NCBI GenBank assembly: GCA_040753085.1
Contig: JBFMHI010000001.1
Coordinates: 1-63,286 of the forward strand
DNA length: 63,286 bases
Reading direction: 5' to 3'
Source of the DNA: a bacterium
Lineage (GTDB): Bacteria > UBA9089 > JASEGY01
Below, piece by piece: positions 1 through 7,795 of the stretch (positions within the stretch are counted from its first letter, which is position 1; the number at the start of each line of letters is the position of its first letter). A program made the translations under genes and the position numbers. The notes below the pieces were generated by a model, which was given only the letters and a program-made list of their open reading frames with translations, was not told where the DNA came from and did not search any database.

Positions 1-147
1 GATTCCTGCTTGCGCAGGAATGACAAAAAGTGCAAAAGTATAGGCTTCTATTAGATAAAGCTATCTTTCAAAAAGCCTTGTTGGCCCAATAGCACAAAAC
101 CTTTTCTGGAAGTGCGGAATGCAAGTTAGAAAAGCTAAAAGATTACA

Positions 148-333
148 GTGACTATTACTATCTTACTTGCAGGTGGATTAGTGGGGTTGTTATTTAAAGA
201 CGTACGGTTGCCATTGAATATTATTATGTTTGTTGTAGGCATTATATCAGAAATAATTTTGGCATCATATCTGGTTATTTTAAATGCCGGCATTAAGAAC
301 CTCTTAGAGAAATTGGAGGTCATCAATGATTGA
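148..333 (+). CDS. small hydrophobic hypothetical protein (61 aa, GTG start)
   Basis: ORF track. The sequence is mostly hydrophobic and overlaps the next small ORF by ATGA. No family recognised. Confidence 0.3.
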   Translation: MTITILLAGGLVGLLFKDVRLPLNIIMFVVGIISEIILASYLVILNAGIKNLLEKLEVIND

Positions 334-418
334 GGTAATAGGGGCAGTAATTCTGGGAGGAGTATTTTTATACTTTATATGGGCATTTACTCATGAGCCC
401 AAAAAGAAACACAATTAG
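326..418 (+). CDS. 30-aa single-TM peptide, hypothetical
   Basis: Hand translation gives MIEVIGAVILGGVFLYFIWAFTHEPKKKHN. GGAGGT lies at 315-320, 5 nt before the ATG. Too short for the ORF track. The stop codon sits on the MITE junction. Confidence 0.3.
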   Translation: MIEVIGAVILGGVFLYFIWAFTHEPKKKHN

Positions 419-622
419 TAACCGTTCAGCCACGGATGCACACAGATGAAACACGGAAAATCCCGCTACGGCGTATTTTCCTGCAACTAAGGTTGTAGGG
501 ACAACCCGTGTGGTTGTCCGCCTACGGAACGGAGAGGGACAAGCTTTGTCCCTACAACTCAGCCTTCTGTCCTCTGTTATTTATCTGTGCTAATCCGTGT
601 TAATCAGTGGCTAAACAGTTAC
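418..622. mobile_element. MITE, family A (GTAAC-type termini), long variant
   Basis: Termini are GTAACCGTTCAGCCAC and GTGGCTAAACAGTTAC. A perfect 8-bp direct repeat CACAATTA lies at 410-417 and 623-630. The interior is collinear with the inverted copy at 31879-32102. Confidence 0.85.
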
Positions 623-642
623 CACAATTAAAGTCTGCATAG

Positions 643-1533
643 TTAAAACCGAAGGCTAAGGGAGAGGCGGTGGATGTTGTCCGAGTTGCGGTCATGTCTG
701 AGGAAGGCGTAATCGAGGCGGCATATCTTCCAGGTAAGTCCTAGGCCGGCGGTAACTTTAGCTTCTTCGTCTTCATCAAATTTGGCGCCTAATCTTAAAG
801 CCAGAGGGCTGCCCGGACGATATTCGGCCCCGAGTCCGTATTGAATATCTTCATCTTTTTCTTTAACGGCATCGAGGACAAAAATGGCCGTCTCATTAAA
901 AAGGTTTAAGGCCAAGCCGCTTCTGACTGTCCGAGGTAAAGGGTCTTCTTTAGGTCTATCATAACTCAGATTTTGGAGGACTAACCCGAATTTCAAAGGA
1001 CGGAAGGAAGCTATGCCTCCCACATCAAGGTAGTTGGCTTTAGTAATTTCAGCTTCCCTGTTCTTCTGGTAAATATATTTAAAGTTAGCCCCTATCTCGA
1101 AATTCCTACCTATCTTTCCGGCCCAGGCAAGAATCCCCAGCAAATCATAGGGCGTGAAAGAAGCTATCTCATCACCGGACTCGTCCCTTTGGCGTACTTC
1201 ATCTAAATGGAGATAAGTCAATCCCCCACCTACCGCCCCAAGCCTGCCCAGGGGATGGGCATAGCCGACAAATTCCTCTCGAATATCTCCGTAAAAGACA
1301 GCGTGGGTAAAGGCCAGCTCCTTTTCCCGGAGTTTCCCCAAACCAGCCGGATTCCAATGAAGGGCATTTATATCATCGCTTAAGGCCGTAAAGGCCCCCC
1401 CTAAGCCGGCTGGTCTGGCGCCAATCCCGATCTTCAGCAGACCGCTTCCGATATCTTCCTGTCCCAGGGCAATCCCCGACCAGAGGCAGACCATAAGAAC
1501 GAAAATGGTTGTTTGACTCTTTTTGGTCACCAT
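643..1533 (-). CDS. PorV/PorQ-like outer-membrane beta-barrel protein
   Basis: Signal peptide, then GARPAGLGGAFTALSDDINALHWNPAGL, a motif typical of PorV/PorQ/UPF0164-type barrels. The C-terminus ends in F. Confidence 0.55.
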   Translation of the reverse strand: MVTKKSQTTIFVLMVCLWSGIALGQEDIGSGLLKIGIGARPAGLGGAFTALSDDINALHWNPAGLGKLREKELAFTHAVFYGDIREEFVGYAHPLGRLGAVGGGLTYLHLDEVRQRDESGDEIASFTPYDLLGILAWAGKIGRNFEIGANFKYIYQKNREAEITKANYLDVGGIASFRPLKFGLVLQNLSYDRPKEDPLPRTVRSGLALNLFNETAIFVLDAVKEKDEDIQYGLGAEYRPGSPLALRLGAKFDEDEEAKVTAGLGLTWKICRLDYAFLRHDRNSDNIHRLSLSLRF

Positions 1534-1625
1534 TTTATTACCTCTAATTTTATCTTACTAAAAGCTCTTTCGTCAAGCAGAATTTTACTGCCTCGGTGAA
1601 AAATACGGTCCAGTGAACTTTTAGC

Positions 1626-1655
1626 TTGACATAATCAGCTCTATTGTGATATATT
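1626..1655 (+). promoter_or_regulatory. sigma70-type promoter candidate (TTGACA, TG-extended TATATT)
   Basis: TTGACA at 1626-1631 and TGaTATATT at 1647-1655, about 75 nt upstream of the LysW-like gene. Confidence 0.4.
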
Positions 1656-1730
1656 TCCGATGGTTCAACACGGCTAGCCTTGATAATGAAAGATCAAGGG
1701 AATAAATCTTAGAAAGGAGATAATAAAACC

Positions 1731-1892
1731 ATGGATATGGCGGTCAGGTGCCCGGAATGCGATGAGGAATTGATAATCCCTGAAGACGCTGAGGAAGGAG
1801 AGATAATAGACTGCGAGAATTGTGGGGTAGAGATTGAGATCGTTTGTATTGATCCTTTGGAGATTAAAATCTTTGAAGAAGAAGAAAAGTAA
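1731..1892 (+). CDS. LysW-like zinc-ribbon small acidic protein (53 aa)
   Basis: Hand translation gives MDMAVRCPECDEELIIPEDAEEGEIIDCENCGVEIEIVCIDPLEIKIFEEEEK. It has CPEC...CENC cysteine pairs, an acidic tail and AGGAGA at 1715-1720. Too short for the ORF track. The antisense ORF 1709..2008 is spurious. Confidence 0.7.
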   Translation: MDMAVRCPECDEELIIPEDAEEGEIIDCENCGVEIEIVCIDPLEIKIFEEEEK

Positions 1893-1897
1893 GAGAA

Positions 1898-2806
1898 ATG
1901 TATTCCAGACAAATAGAGGAAATTATTGCTCAGATAAAAAGAGGGTATGCGGCCAAATATGATCGGGTAGTAATAGAGGCGACCCCTGTTCTTAATCAGC
2001 GCCGGCAAGAATTAGTCCTGAGAGGGAGAGTGCTGCTGTCGAGCCAGAGGGATCGAATAGTTAATGCCCTGGGGAAAAGAATCCCTTTCAAGATTATCGA
2101 CCGTTTACTTATCCTCTCTGATCCGACCCAACCTGCCCTGAATTGGGGAAAGGCAGGACAAGAGATAGTAGGGCTTAGAAGGCAGAGGGATTCTTTCGAG
2201 CTTTCTACTCAGACGACACCGGAAGATAATCCTTTCAGGGTTTTAATCAAGGATGGAAGGCAGTATCTCATCCAGTTAGACGACCTAAGCCTGGGCTGGG
2301 TCTATGAAGATGAAATAGTCATTCTTGAGCCGCCTTGGGAAGATCTCTGGAAAGAAATAAAGAGACCTGAGAAGGGTAAGTTGATTAAGATTGAACCAAA
2401 AGATTTGAGTAAACTCGCCAACACCGCCCTGAAATATGTGAGAATAACGCCTTATCATCGAGGTGGAAGAAGCCGCCAGGGCCTTGACTGTTCCGGTCTT
2501 ATTCAAGTTATCTTTAAAGAAGCCCTTGATTTAGTCCTTCCCAAACATGCCCTTGATCAGATGAAGATGGGTCAGAGATTGAGTCGATTGGAAAGACAAA
2601 CAGGGGATTTAATCTTTGCTAAAGTAATCGGCAGGAATATAGTTCACGTTGGGTTGCTGTTAGTTAACCAAAAGAAAAAGGTTGTCCACTCATGCTTAAG
2701 AAAGGGACAGGTGGTGGCTGAAGCCCTGGAAGATTTTTTAAAAAACTATAAGCCGGTTGGTTACAGGCGGTACTTGTTTACCTCACCGGAAGGCAAAGAT
2801 GATTGA
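1898..2806 (+). CDS. cytoplasmic SH3b + NlpC/P60 family peptidase (YkfC-like gamma-D-glutamyl endopeptidase candidate)
   Basis: The C-terminal domain carries GLDCSGLIQVIF and a later HVGLLL block, giving the NlpC/P60 Cys/His arrangement. No signal peptide. Confidence 0.75.
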   Translation: MYSRQIEEIIAQIKRGYAAKYDRVVIEATPVLNQRRQELVLRGRVLLSSQRDRIVNALGKRIPFKIIDRLLILSDPTQPALNWGKAGQEIVGLRRQRDSFELSTQTTPEDNPFRVLIKDGRQYLIQLDDLSLGWVYEDEIVILEPPWEDLWKEIKRPEKGKLIKIEPKDLSKLANTALKYVRITPYHRGGRSRQGLDCSGLIQVIFKEALDLVLPKHALDQMKMGQRLSRLERQTGDLIFAKVIGRNIVHVGLLLVNQKKKVVHSCLRKGQVVAEALEDFLKNYKPVGYRRYLFTSPEGKDD

Positions 2807-3845
2807 GATAGACGGATCGAGATATTCAGGAAGCGGCACTATTCTCCGTTACGCCGTAGCACTTTCAGCCTTGATGGGTAAGACGCTTCGGATGATAAAT
2901 ATCCGGGCTAAACGAGGTAAGCCCGGCCTGCGGTCTCAACACCTGAAATCTGTTCTGGCCTGTAGTGAGTTGGTCAGAGGTGAAGTAGAAGGGGCCGAAG
3001 TCGGCTCCCAGGAGATACTTTTTAGGCCAGGCAGTTCAATAAAAGGCGGCTATTATGAGTGGGAGATCGGCACGGCCGGTTCATCCACTATGCTGGCCAT
3101 GACGGTTCTGCCCTTGCTTATTTATGCAGACAAACCTTCCAAATTAAGAATATCCGGTGGTCTATTTCAGGACCATGCCCCCTCCGCCTTTCATATGGCC
3201 CACGTGCTCTTTCCCGTCATTAAACAGACAGGGATTGAAGCCTCACTTGAAATAATTAAGCCAGGTTATGTGCCAAAAGGTGGAGGAGTAATAGAAGTTC
3301 AGGTCGAGCCGGTCGCTTATCCTCTTAATCCGATTAGATTACTCAAACAGGGGGGAGTAGTTGAAGTTAATGGGAGGGCTCTTTCTTCCCATCTTAGCCG
3401 TCAGCGGGTGAGTGAACGGATGGCTGAACCCTGCCGGCGAATCCTCCAACAGAAAGGATATGCCCCCAAAATAGAGGTGGTGGATGATGAATCAGCCCTG
3501 CAAAAAGGGGCGGCTTTAGCTGTCTGGGCCAGGACTGATACCGGCTGCCTCATTGGGTCTGACATGGCCGGCAAGGTTGGCCGGGCGGCTGAAGCCATTG
3601 GCCGGCATGTAGCCAGAGCCTTACTGGAAGATATCGAACAGGGGGCTACAGTGGATAGATTCCTGGCCGATCAATTAATCATCTATGCTGCCCTGGCTAA
3701 TAGGGTCTCAGAATACCTCATCCCTTCTCTTACCGATCATGTGGAAACAAACCTGTGGCTGGTGGAAGAGATAATCGGGGCCAAAACAGAGGTGGCGGAT
3801 AAACGAATCCGGATTGAAGGTATTGGGTATGGGGGGGCTAAGTGA
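2799..3845 (+). CDS. rtcA: RNA 3'-terminal phosphate cyclase
   Basis: MIEIDGSRYSGSGTILRYAVALSAL..., GTAGSSTM and LTDHVETNLWLVEEI blocks typical of RtcA. I chose the ATG at 2799, which overlaps the upstream stop by 8 nt, over the track start at 2757. Confidence 0.9.
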   Translation: MIEIDGSRYSGSGTILRYAVALSALMGKTLRMINIRAKRGKPGLRSQHLKSVLACSELVRGEVEGAEVGSQEILFRPGSSIKGGYYEWEIGTAGSSTMLAMTVLPLLIYADKPSKLRISGGLFQDHAPSAFHMAHVLFPVIKQTGIEASLEIIKPGYVPKGGGVIEVQVEPVAYPLNPIRLLKQGGVVEVNGRALSSHLSRQRVSERMAEPCRRILQQKGYAPKIEVVDDESALQKGAALAVWARTDTGCLIGSDMAGKVGRAAEAIGRHVARALLEDIEQGATVDRFLADQLIIYAALANRVSEYLIPSLTDHVETNLWLVEEIIGAKTEVADKRIRIEGIGYGGAK

Positions 3846-3939
3846 GATCATTTATTGAAGAGGCCTTATGAAGTATAGACAGCCTGGATAGGGTGGAGGT
3901 GAAGAATGGCCAGGCGAGAAGGTAGCTGAGGATGATCTT

Positions 3940-5202
3940 ATGAAGTATGGACAGGAGGGACAGGGTGGAGATAGTGGACGAGGCGGCAGGGCCGGCCAAC
4001 CGGAAGTGGATAATCTGATTCCGAAGCACGGCGGCTATCGGAAGCTGAAGAGCTTTCAGATCGCGCAGTTGGTCTATGATGTGACGGTGCGATTTTGTGA
4101 CCGGTATATCGATAAGCGGAGCCGGACGCATGACCAAATGGTTCAGGCGGCGCGGTCAGGGGTGCAGAATATCGCTGAGGGGAGCCAAGCATCAGGCACA
4201 TCGAAGAAGTTTGAGCTGAAATTGACGAATGTGGCGCGGGCGAGTTTGGAGGAGTTGCGATTGGATTATGAGGATTTTCTGCGGCAGCGGGGGCTGTCAA
4301 AATGGGACAGGCAGGATGCGCGCCGGGCGGAACTGATTGATCGGCGGTTTGGAACCGTCGATGAAATCGCCGATTGGATACGGGAAGTTCATATCAGGAG
4401 TGGACTGAGTGGACAGAGTAGACAGGGTGGACAGAGTGGACTGAGTGGACAGAGTGGACTGAGTGGACAGAGTAGACAGGATGGACAGAGTGAACTGAGT
4501 GGACAGAGTGGACAGGGTGGACAGAGTGGACAGGGTGGACAGGGTGGACAGGGTGGACAGGGTGGACAGGGTGGACAGGGTGGACTGAGTGGACAGAGTG
4601 GACAGAGTGGACAGAGTGGACTGAGTGGACAGAGTGGACAGGGTGGACAGAGTGGACAGGGTGGACAGGGTGGACTGAGTGGACAGAGTGGACAGGGTGG
4701 ACAGAGTGGACAGGGTGGACTGAGTGGACAGAGTGGACAGGGTGGACAGGGTGGACTGAGTGGACAGAGTGGACAGGGTGGACAGAGTGGACTGAGTGGA
4801 CAGAGTGGACAGGGTGGACAGAGTGGACAGAGTGGACAGGGTGGACCGAGTGGACTGAGTGGACTGAGTGGACTTAGTGGACAGGGTGGACAGGGTAGAC
4901 AGGGTGGAGCGTCCATTGAGTCTACTTTGTCCACTAGGTCCATATCGTCCACTAAGTCCACCTTGTCCACCAAGTCCACCACGTCCATATCGTCCACTAA
5001 GTCCACCAAGTCCACCACGTCCACATCATCCACCAAGTCCACTTATCCCGAGATTGCGGCCAATGTCGCTTTGACGCTGATCGCGGTGGCCTGTAGTCTG
5101 CTGGATCGGCAACTGACGGCGCAGTCCAAAGCCTTTGAGCAAGAGGGCGGTTTCACAGAAAGGCTGTATCAAACGCGCCAAAGGGCAAAGAGGAATCAAT
5201 GA
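3940..5202 (+). CDS. four-helix-bundle protein (23S-IVS-like family with suffix domain) carrying a large in-frame repeat expansion
   Basis: The N-terminus has HGGYRKLKSFQIAQLVYDVTVRFC...QNIAEGSQA...ASLEEL. The C-terminus has PEIAANVALTLIAVACSLLDRQL...EGGFTERLYQTR. About 215 aa of GQS/GQG/GLS and STKST repeats lie in between. Confidence 0.7.
   Translation: MKYGQEGQGGDSGRGGRAGQPEVDNLIPKHGGYRKLKSFQIAQLVYDVTVRFCDRYIDKRSRTHDQMVQAARSGVQNIAEGSQASGTSKKFELKLTNVARASLEELRLDYEDFLRQRGLSKWDRQDARRAELIDRRFGTVDEIADWIREVHIRSGLSGQSRQGGQSGLSGQSGLSGQSRQDGQSELSGQSGQGGQSGQGGQGGQGGQGGQGGQGGLSGQSGQSGQSGLSGQSGQGGQSGQGGQGGLSGQSGQGGQSGQGGLSGQSGQGGQGGLSGQSGQGGQSGLSGQSGQGGQSGQSGQGGPSGLSGLSGLSGQGGQGRQGGASIESTLSTRSISSTKSTLSTKSTTSISSTKSTKSTTSTSSTKSTYPEIAANVALTLIAVACSLLDRQLTAQSKAFEQEGGFTERLYQTRQRAKRNQ
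4398..4908 (+). repeat. tandem 9-nt repeat RGTGGACWG, about 57 units
   Basis: Direct reading shows GTGGAC recurring every 9 nt. In frame it translates as Gly-X-Y-like GQS/GQG/GLS. Confidence 0.95.
4911..5045 (+). repeat. tandem 9-nt repeat GTCCAYNNN, 15 units, opposite polarity to the preceding array
   Basis: GTCCAC, the reverse complement of GTGGAC, recurs every 9 nt. Translated as S/T-rich STKST-like repeats. Confidence 0.9.
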
Positions 5203-5255
5203 ACGTCATAACCGAAAATCAAGCTAAATGGTAATGTTACAATGCACTACTGACA

Positions 5256-5327
5256 AGAGGAGGTTGAAGATGAAGATCAAGAGGAGGTTGAAGATGAAGA
5301 TCAAGAGGATGTTGAAAATGAAGATAT
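5256..5327 (+). repeat. 24-bp tandem triplication containing the RBS and start codon
   Basis: AAGAGGAGGTTGAAGATGAAGATC occurs three times (the third copy has diverged). The ATGs are at 5270, 5294 and 5318, all in frame. Confidence 0.9.
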
Positions 5328-6478
5328 GGTTGGGTGTCTTAGGATTACTTTTATGGCTGCCGGTTACTTCTTTTGGGGGAGAGGTTCTGATCGACATAGA
5401 CGAGGAATGGAGATATCTGGAGGGGTATGCCCCGCCGCCTAAGAGCTGGAATCAACTTAACTTTGATGATTCAGACTGGTTGAGAGGAGAATCCGGCTTC
5501 GGTTACGGTGATGAAGATGACGCTACCTTGCTCCCGGAGATGCAAGGAAAATTCACTACCCTTTATCTAAGGAAGAAGTTTGTAGTGACTGACTTAGCCA
5601 CGGTCAAAACCCTCTTTCTAAACGTAGATTATGATGACGGCTTTGTGGCTTATCTTAATGGAACAGAAGTAGTCCGGGTCGGATTAGATGAATCGGTTGA
5701 CTACGATTCCCTGGCTGAAAATCACGAGGCCATCCACGATGGAAAGTTAGATATGACTCACCCCCAGAATTATAATCCCTTACCTACCCTGGAGCCTTTT
5801 AATTTGAACCGATTTATCGGCCTTCTAAAAAAGGGAACAAACCTTCTGGCTATTGAGGTCCATAATGCCACGCTTGATAGTTCGGATCTGACTATGATTC
5901 CCCAATTGGTGGCTGATGAATTTATTTATGGCTTCGTTATCGCCTCGGCTGACACCTGGGCATATAGGATTCCTGCCCCAACCCTTTCGGATCAGGCCGA
6001 GCCTAACTGGACCGATCCGAGGTATAATGATGGAGGCTGGATGAGAGGCCCTTCTGGTTTTGGTTATGGAGACGAAGACGATCGAACCATCCTTCCGGCA
6101 GGCACCATTTGTGTTTATACCAGAAAGGATTTTTGGATTGAGGATAAGGAGAAGATTGGTTCTCTTATCTTACAGATAGACTATGATGACGGATATATTG
6201 TTTACCTCAATGGTCGGGAGATAGCCCGAAGTAATGCGGCCCCCTATCGTTATTACGCCTCGGTGGCCTTAACAAAACACGAGGCGGTAATTGACAAGGG
6301 AATTAAAGATACCATCAAAATCGATCCGGCTCTTCTGGTCAAAGGAAAAAATTGGTTGGCTATCTCAGGGCATAATTTTAAAAGTCCCCAAAAGATTCCG
6401 GCGGGTGACGATGATATGAGCCTTTGTGTGGAGCTGTTGTCCAGGAAGGAACCAGAAAGAGGAAAAGAGAGGAAATAA
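5318..6478 (+). CDS. secreted protein with two galactose-binding-like (SGFGYGDEDD-motif) beta-sandwich repeats
   Basis: Signal peptide MKIWLGVLGLLLWLPVTSFG. The block W..G.SGFGYGDEDD..L....DYDDG...YLNG occurs twice. The start was chosen at the third repeat copy; the ORF track extends to 5228. Confidence 0.6.
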   Translation: MKIWLGVLGLLLWLPVTSFGGEVLIDIDEEWRYLEGYAPPPKSWNQLNFDDSDWLRGESGFGYGDEDDATLLPEMQGKFTTLYLRKKFVVTDLATVKTLFLNVDYDDGFVAYLNGTEVVRVGLDESVDYDSLAENHEAIHDGKLDMTHPQNYNPLPTLEPFNLNRFIGLLKKGTNLLAIEVHNATLDSSDLTMIPQLVADEFIYGFVIASADTWAYRIPAPTLSDQAEPNWTDPRYNDGGWMRGPSGFGYGDEDDRTILPAGTICVYTRKDFWIEDKEKIGSLILQIDYDDGYIVYLNGREIARSNAAPYRYYASVALTKHEAVIDKGIKDTIKIDPALLVKGKNWLAISGHNFKSPQKIPAGDDDMSLCVELLSRKEPERGKERK

Positions 6479-6482
6479 GTCA

Positions 6483-7778
6483 ATGGAAGCCTATAACTTA
6501 GTAAGCTTTGCCGGCATCTTTTTGCTGTTGGCTTTTGCCTGGCTTTGTTCTTCCCATCGAAGAGTCCTTAATGGGCGGGTTGTTTTATGGGGAACAAGCT
6601 TACAATTACTGTTTGCCCTGTTTATCTTTCAGGTTCCAGCCGGGACAAAGGTCTTCTTGGCCATTAACGAGGCGGTGGTAAAGGTCCTGGACTGCGCTAC
6701 GGCCGGAACCAAATTTCTCTTTGGCCGTCTGGCCCTTCCGCCGGGCACACCTGATTCTTTAGGGTTTTTCCTGGCCTTTCAGGCCTTACCTACCATTGTC
6801 TTCTTTGCCGCCCTGGTGGGCGTCCTTTATTATTTAAACATAATGCCCCTGTTTATTCGGGGATTTGCTTATATTTTTACCAGACTGATGCGGTTAAGCG
6901 GGGCAGAGTCTTTATGTGTTTCGAGTAATATCTTTGTGGGGATTGAATCTGCCCTGACTATCCGGCCGCATTTGAATGATATGACCCGTTCCGAGTTATG
7001 CACTATTCTGACCGCTGGCATGGCCACTATTGCCTCCAGTGTGATGGCCCTTTATGTCTTCATCCTGCAGGGAGAATTTCCCACCATTGCCGGCCATCTG
7101 GTTTCTGCTTCTATTCTCTCTGCCCCAGCCGCCGTGGTTATGGCCAAGATTCTTTTACCGGAGACGGAAACACCAGCCACCCTGGGGGTAAAGATTCACC
7201 CTCACTATGAACGAGAAAATAACCTTATTGAGGCGATCATTAACGGCGCCAACAATGGCCTGCGGCTGGTAGCCGGCATTACTGCCTTACTGTTGGCCTT
7301 TCTTGGTTTAGTCGCTCTGGTTGATTTGTTCCTGATGGTGGTGGGAGGCTGGGTCAATAACGGGTTGAATTGGCAGATTGACTGGTCGCTTCGGGGACTA
7401 CTGGGTTATATTTTCTATCCCTTCACCTTAGCGATCGGCATTCCACCGTCTGATGCGGGGGCTATCGCCAGGATAATCGGCGAACGGGCCATAGTCACTG
7501 AAGTCCAGGCATATCAGGACCTGGCCCAGTTATTGGCGGCAGATGTATTAAAGCACCCGCGCTCAACAGTAATCACTACTTATGCCCTCTGTGGCTTTGC
7601 CCATGTAGCTTCCCTGGCCATCTTTGTGGGAGGCACCGCTGCTCTGGCCCCAAAACGAACCAAAGACCTTTCGGCGCTGGGATTCAGAGCGCTCTTAGCC
7701 GCTACTCTGGCCTGCCTGATGACGGCCGCCGTGGCCGGGACTTTCTTCTCCCAAGGCTCAATATTGATGGGGCGCTGA
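6483..7778 (+). CDS. NupC/CNT-family nucleoside transporter
   Basis: Polytopic protein starting MEAYNLVSFAGIFLLLAFAWL, with conserved CNT-like blocks (GTKFLFG, ESLCVSSNIFVG, GFAHVASLAIF). Confidence 0.8.
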   Translation: MEAYNLVSFAGIFLLLAFAWLCSSHRRVLNGRVVLWGTSLQLLFALFIFQVPAGTKVFLAINEAVVKVLDCATAGTKFLFGRLALPPGTPDSLGFFLAFQALPTIVFFAALVGVLYYLNIMPLFIRGFAYIFTRLMRLSGAESLCVSSNIFVGIESALTIRPHLNDMTRSELCTILTAGMATIASSVMALYVFILQGEFPTIAGHLVSASILSAPAAVVMAKILLPETETPATLGVKIHPHYERENNLIEAIINGANNGLRLVAGITALLLAFLGLVALVDLFLMVVGGWVNNGLNWQIDWSLRGLLGYIFYPFTLAIGIPPSDAGAIARIIGERAIVTEVQAYQDLAQLLAADVLKHPRSTVITTYALCGFAHVASLAIFVGGTAALAPKRTKDLSALGFRALLAATLACLMTAAVAGTFFSQGSILMGR

Positions 7779-7795
7779 GAGGAGAGAGTTGAGGT

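Noticed and set aside
27-44. An exact 18-nt repeat, AAAGTGCAAAAGTATAGG, shared with 58785-58802. It lies next to the hairpin GATTCCTGC-TTGC-GCAGGAATG at the window start.
   Set aside because: It is probably part of another dispersed element that is cut by the window edge. Two short copies are not enough to define a feature.
4389-5042. A 217-aa minus-strand ORF rich in CPPCPLCPL, which could be mistaken for a Cys/Pro-rich repeat protein.
   Set aside because: It is the antisense reading of the 9-nt GTGGAC/GTCCAC arrays. The plus strand carries recognisable four-helix-bundle N- and C-terminal domains in the same frame as the repeats, so the minus-strand ORF is a shadow.
4398-5045. The tandem arrays considered as a CRISPR locus or as a genuine collagen-like (Gly-X-Y) domain.
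   Set aside because: The 9-nt period leaves no room for spacers, so it is not CRISPR. The collagen-like reading is formally present, but the same 9-mer family occurs in non-coding DNA at 48461-48541 and the triplets lack Pro. The protein-level interpretation is not supported by what I can see.
5228-5317. The upstream start of the secreted-protein ORF (MVMLQCTTDKRRLKMKIKRRLK...).
   Set aside because: The extension is produced by reading through the 24-bp SD/ATG triplication. The signal peptide begins at the third copy (5318). Use of the upstream ATGs cannot be excluded and is listed as a finding.
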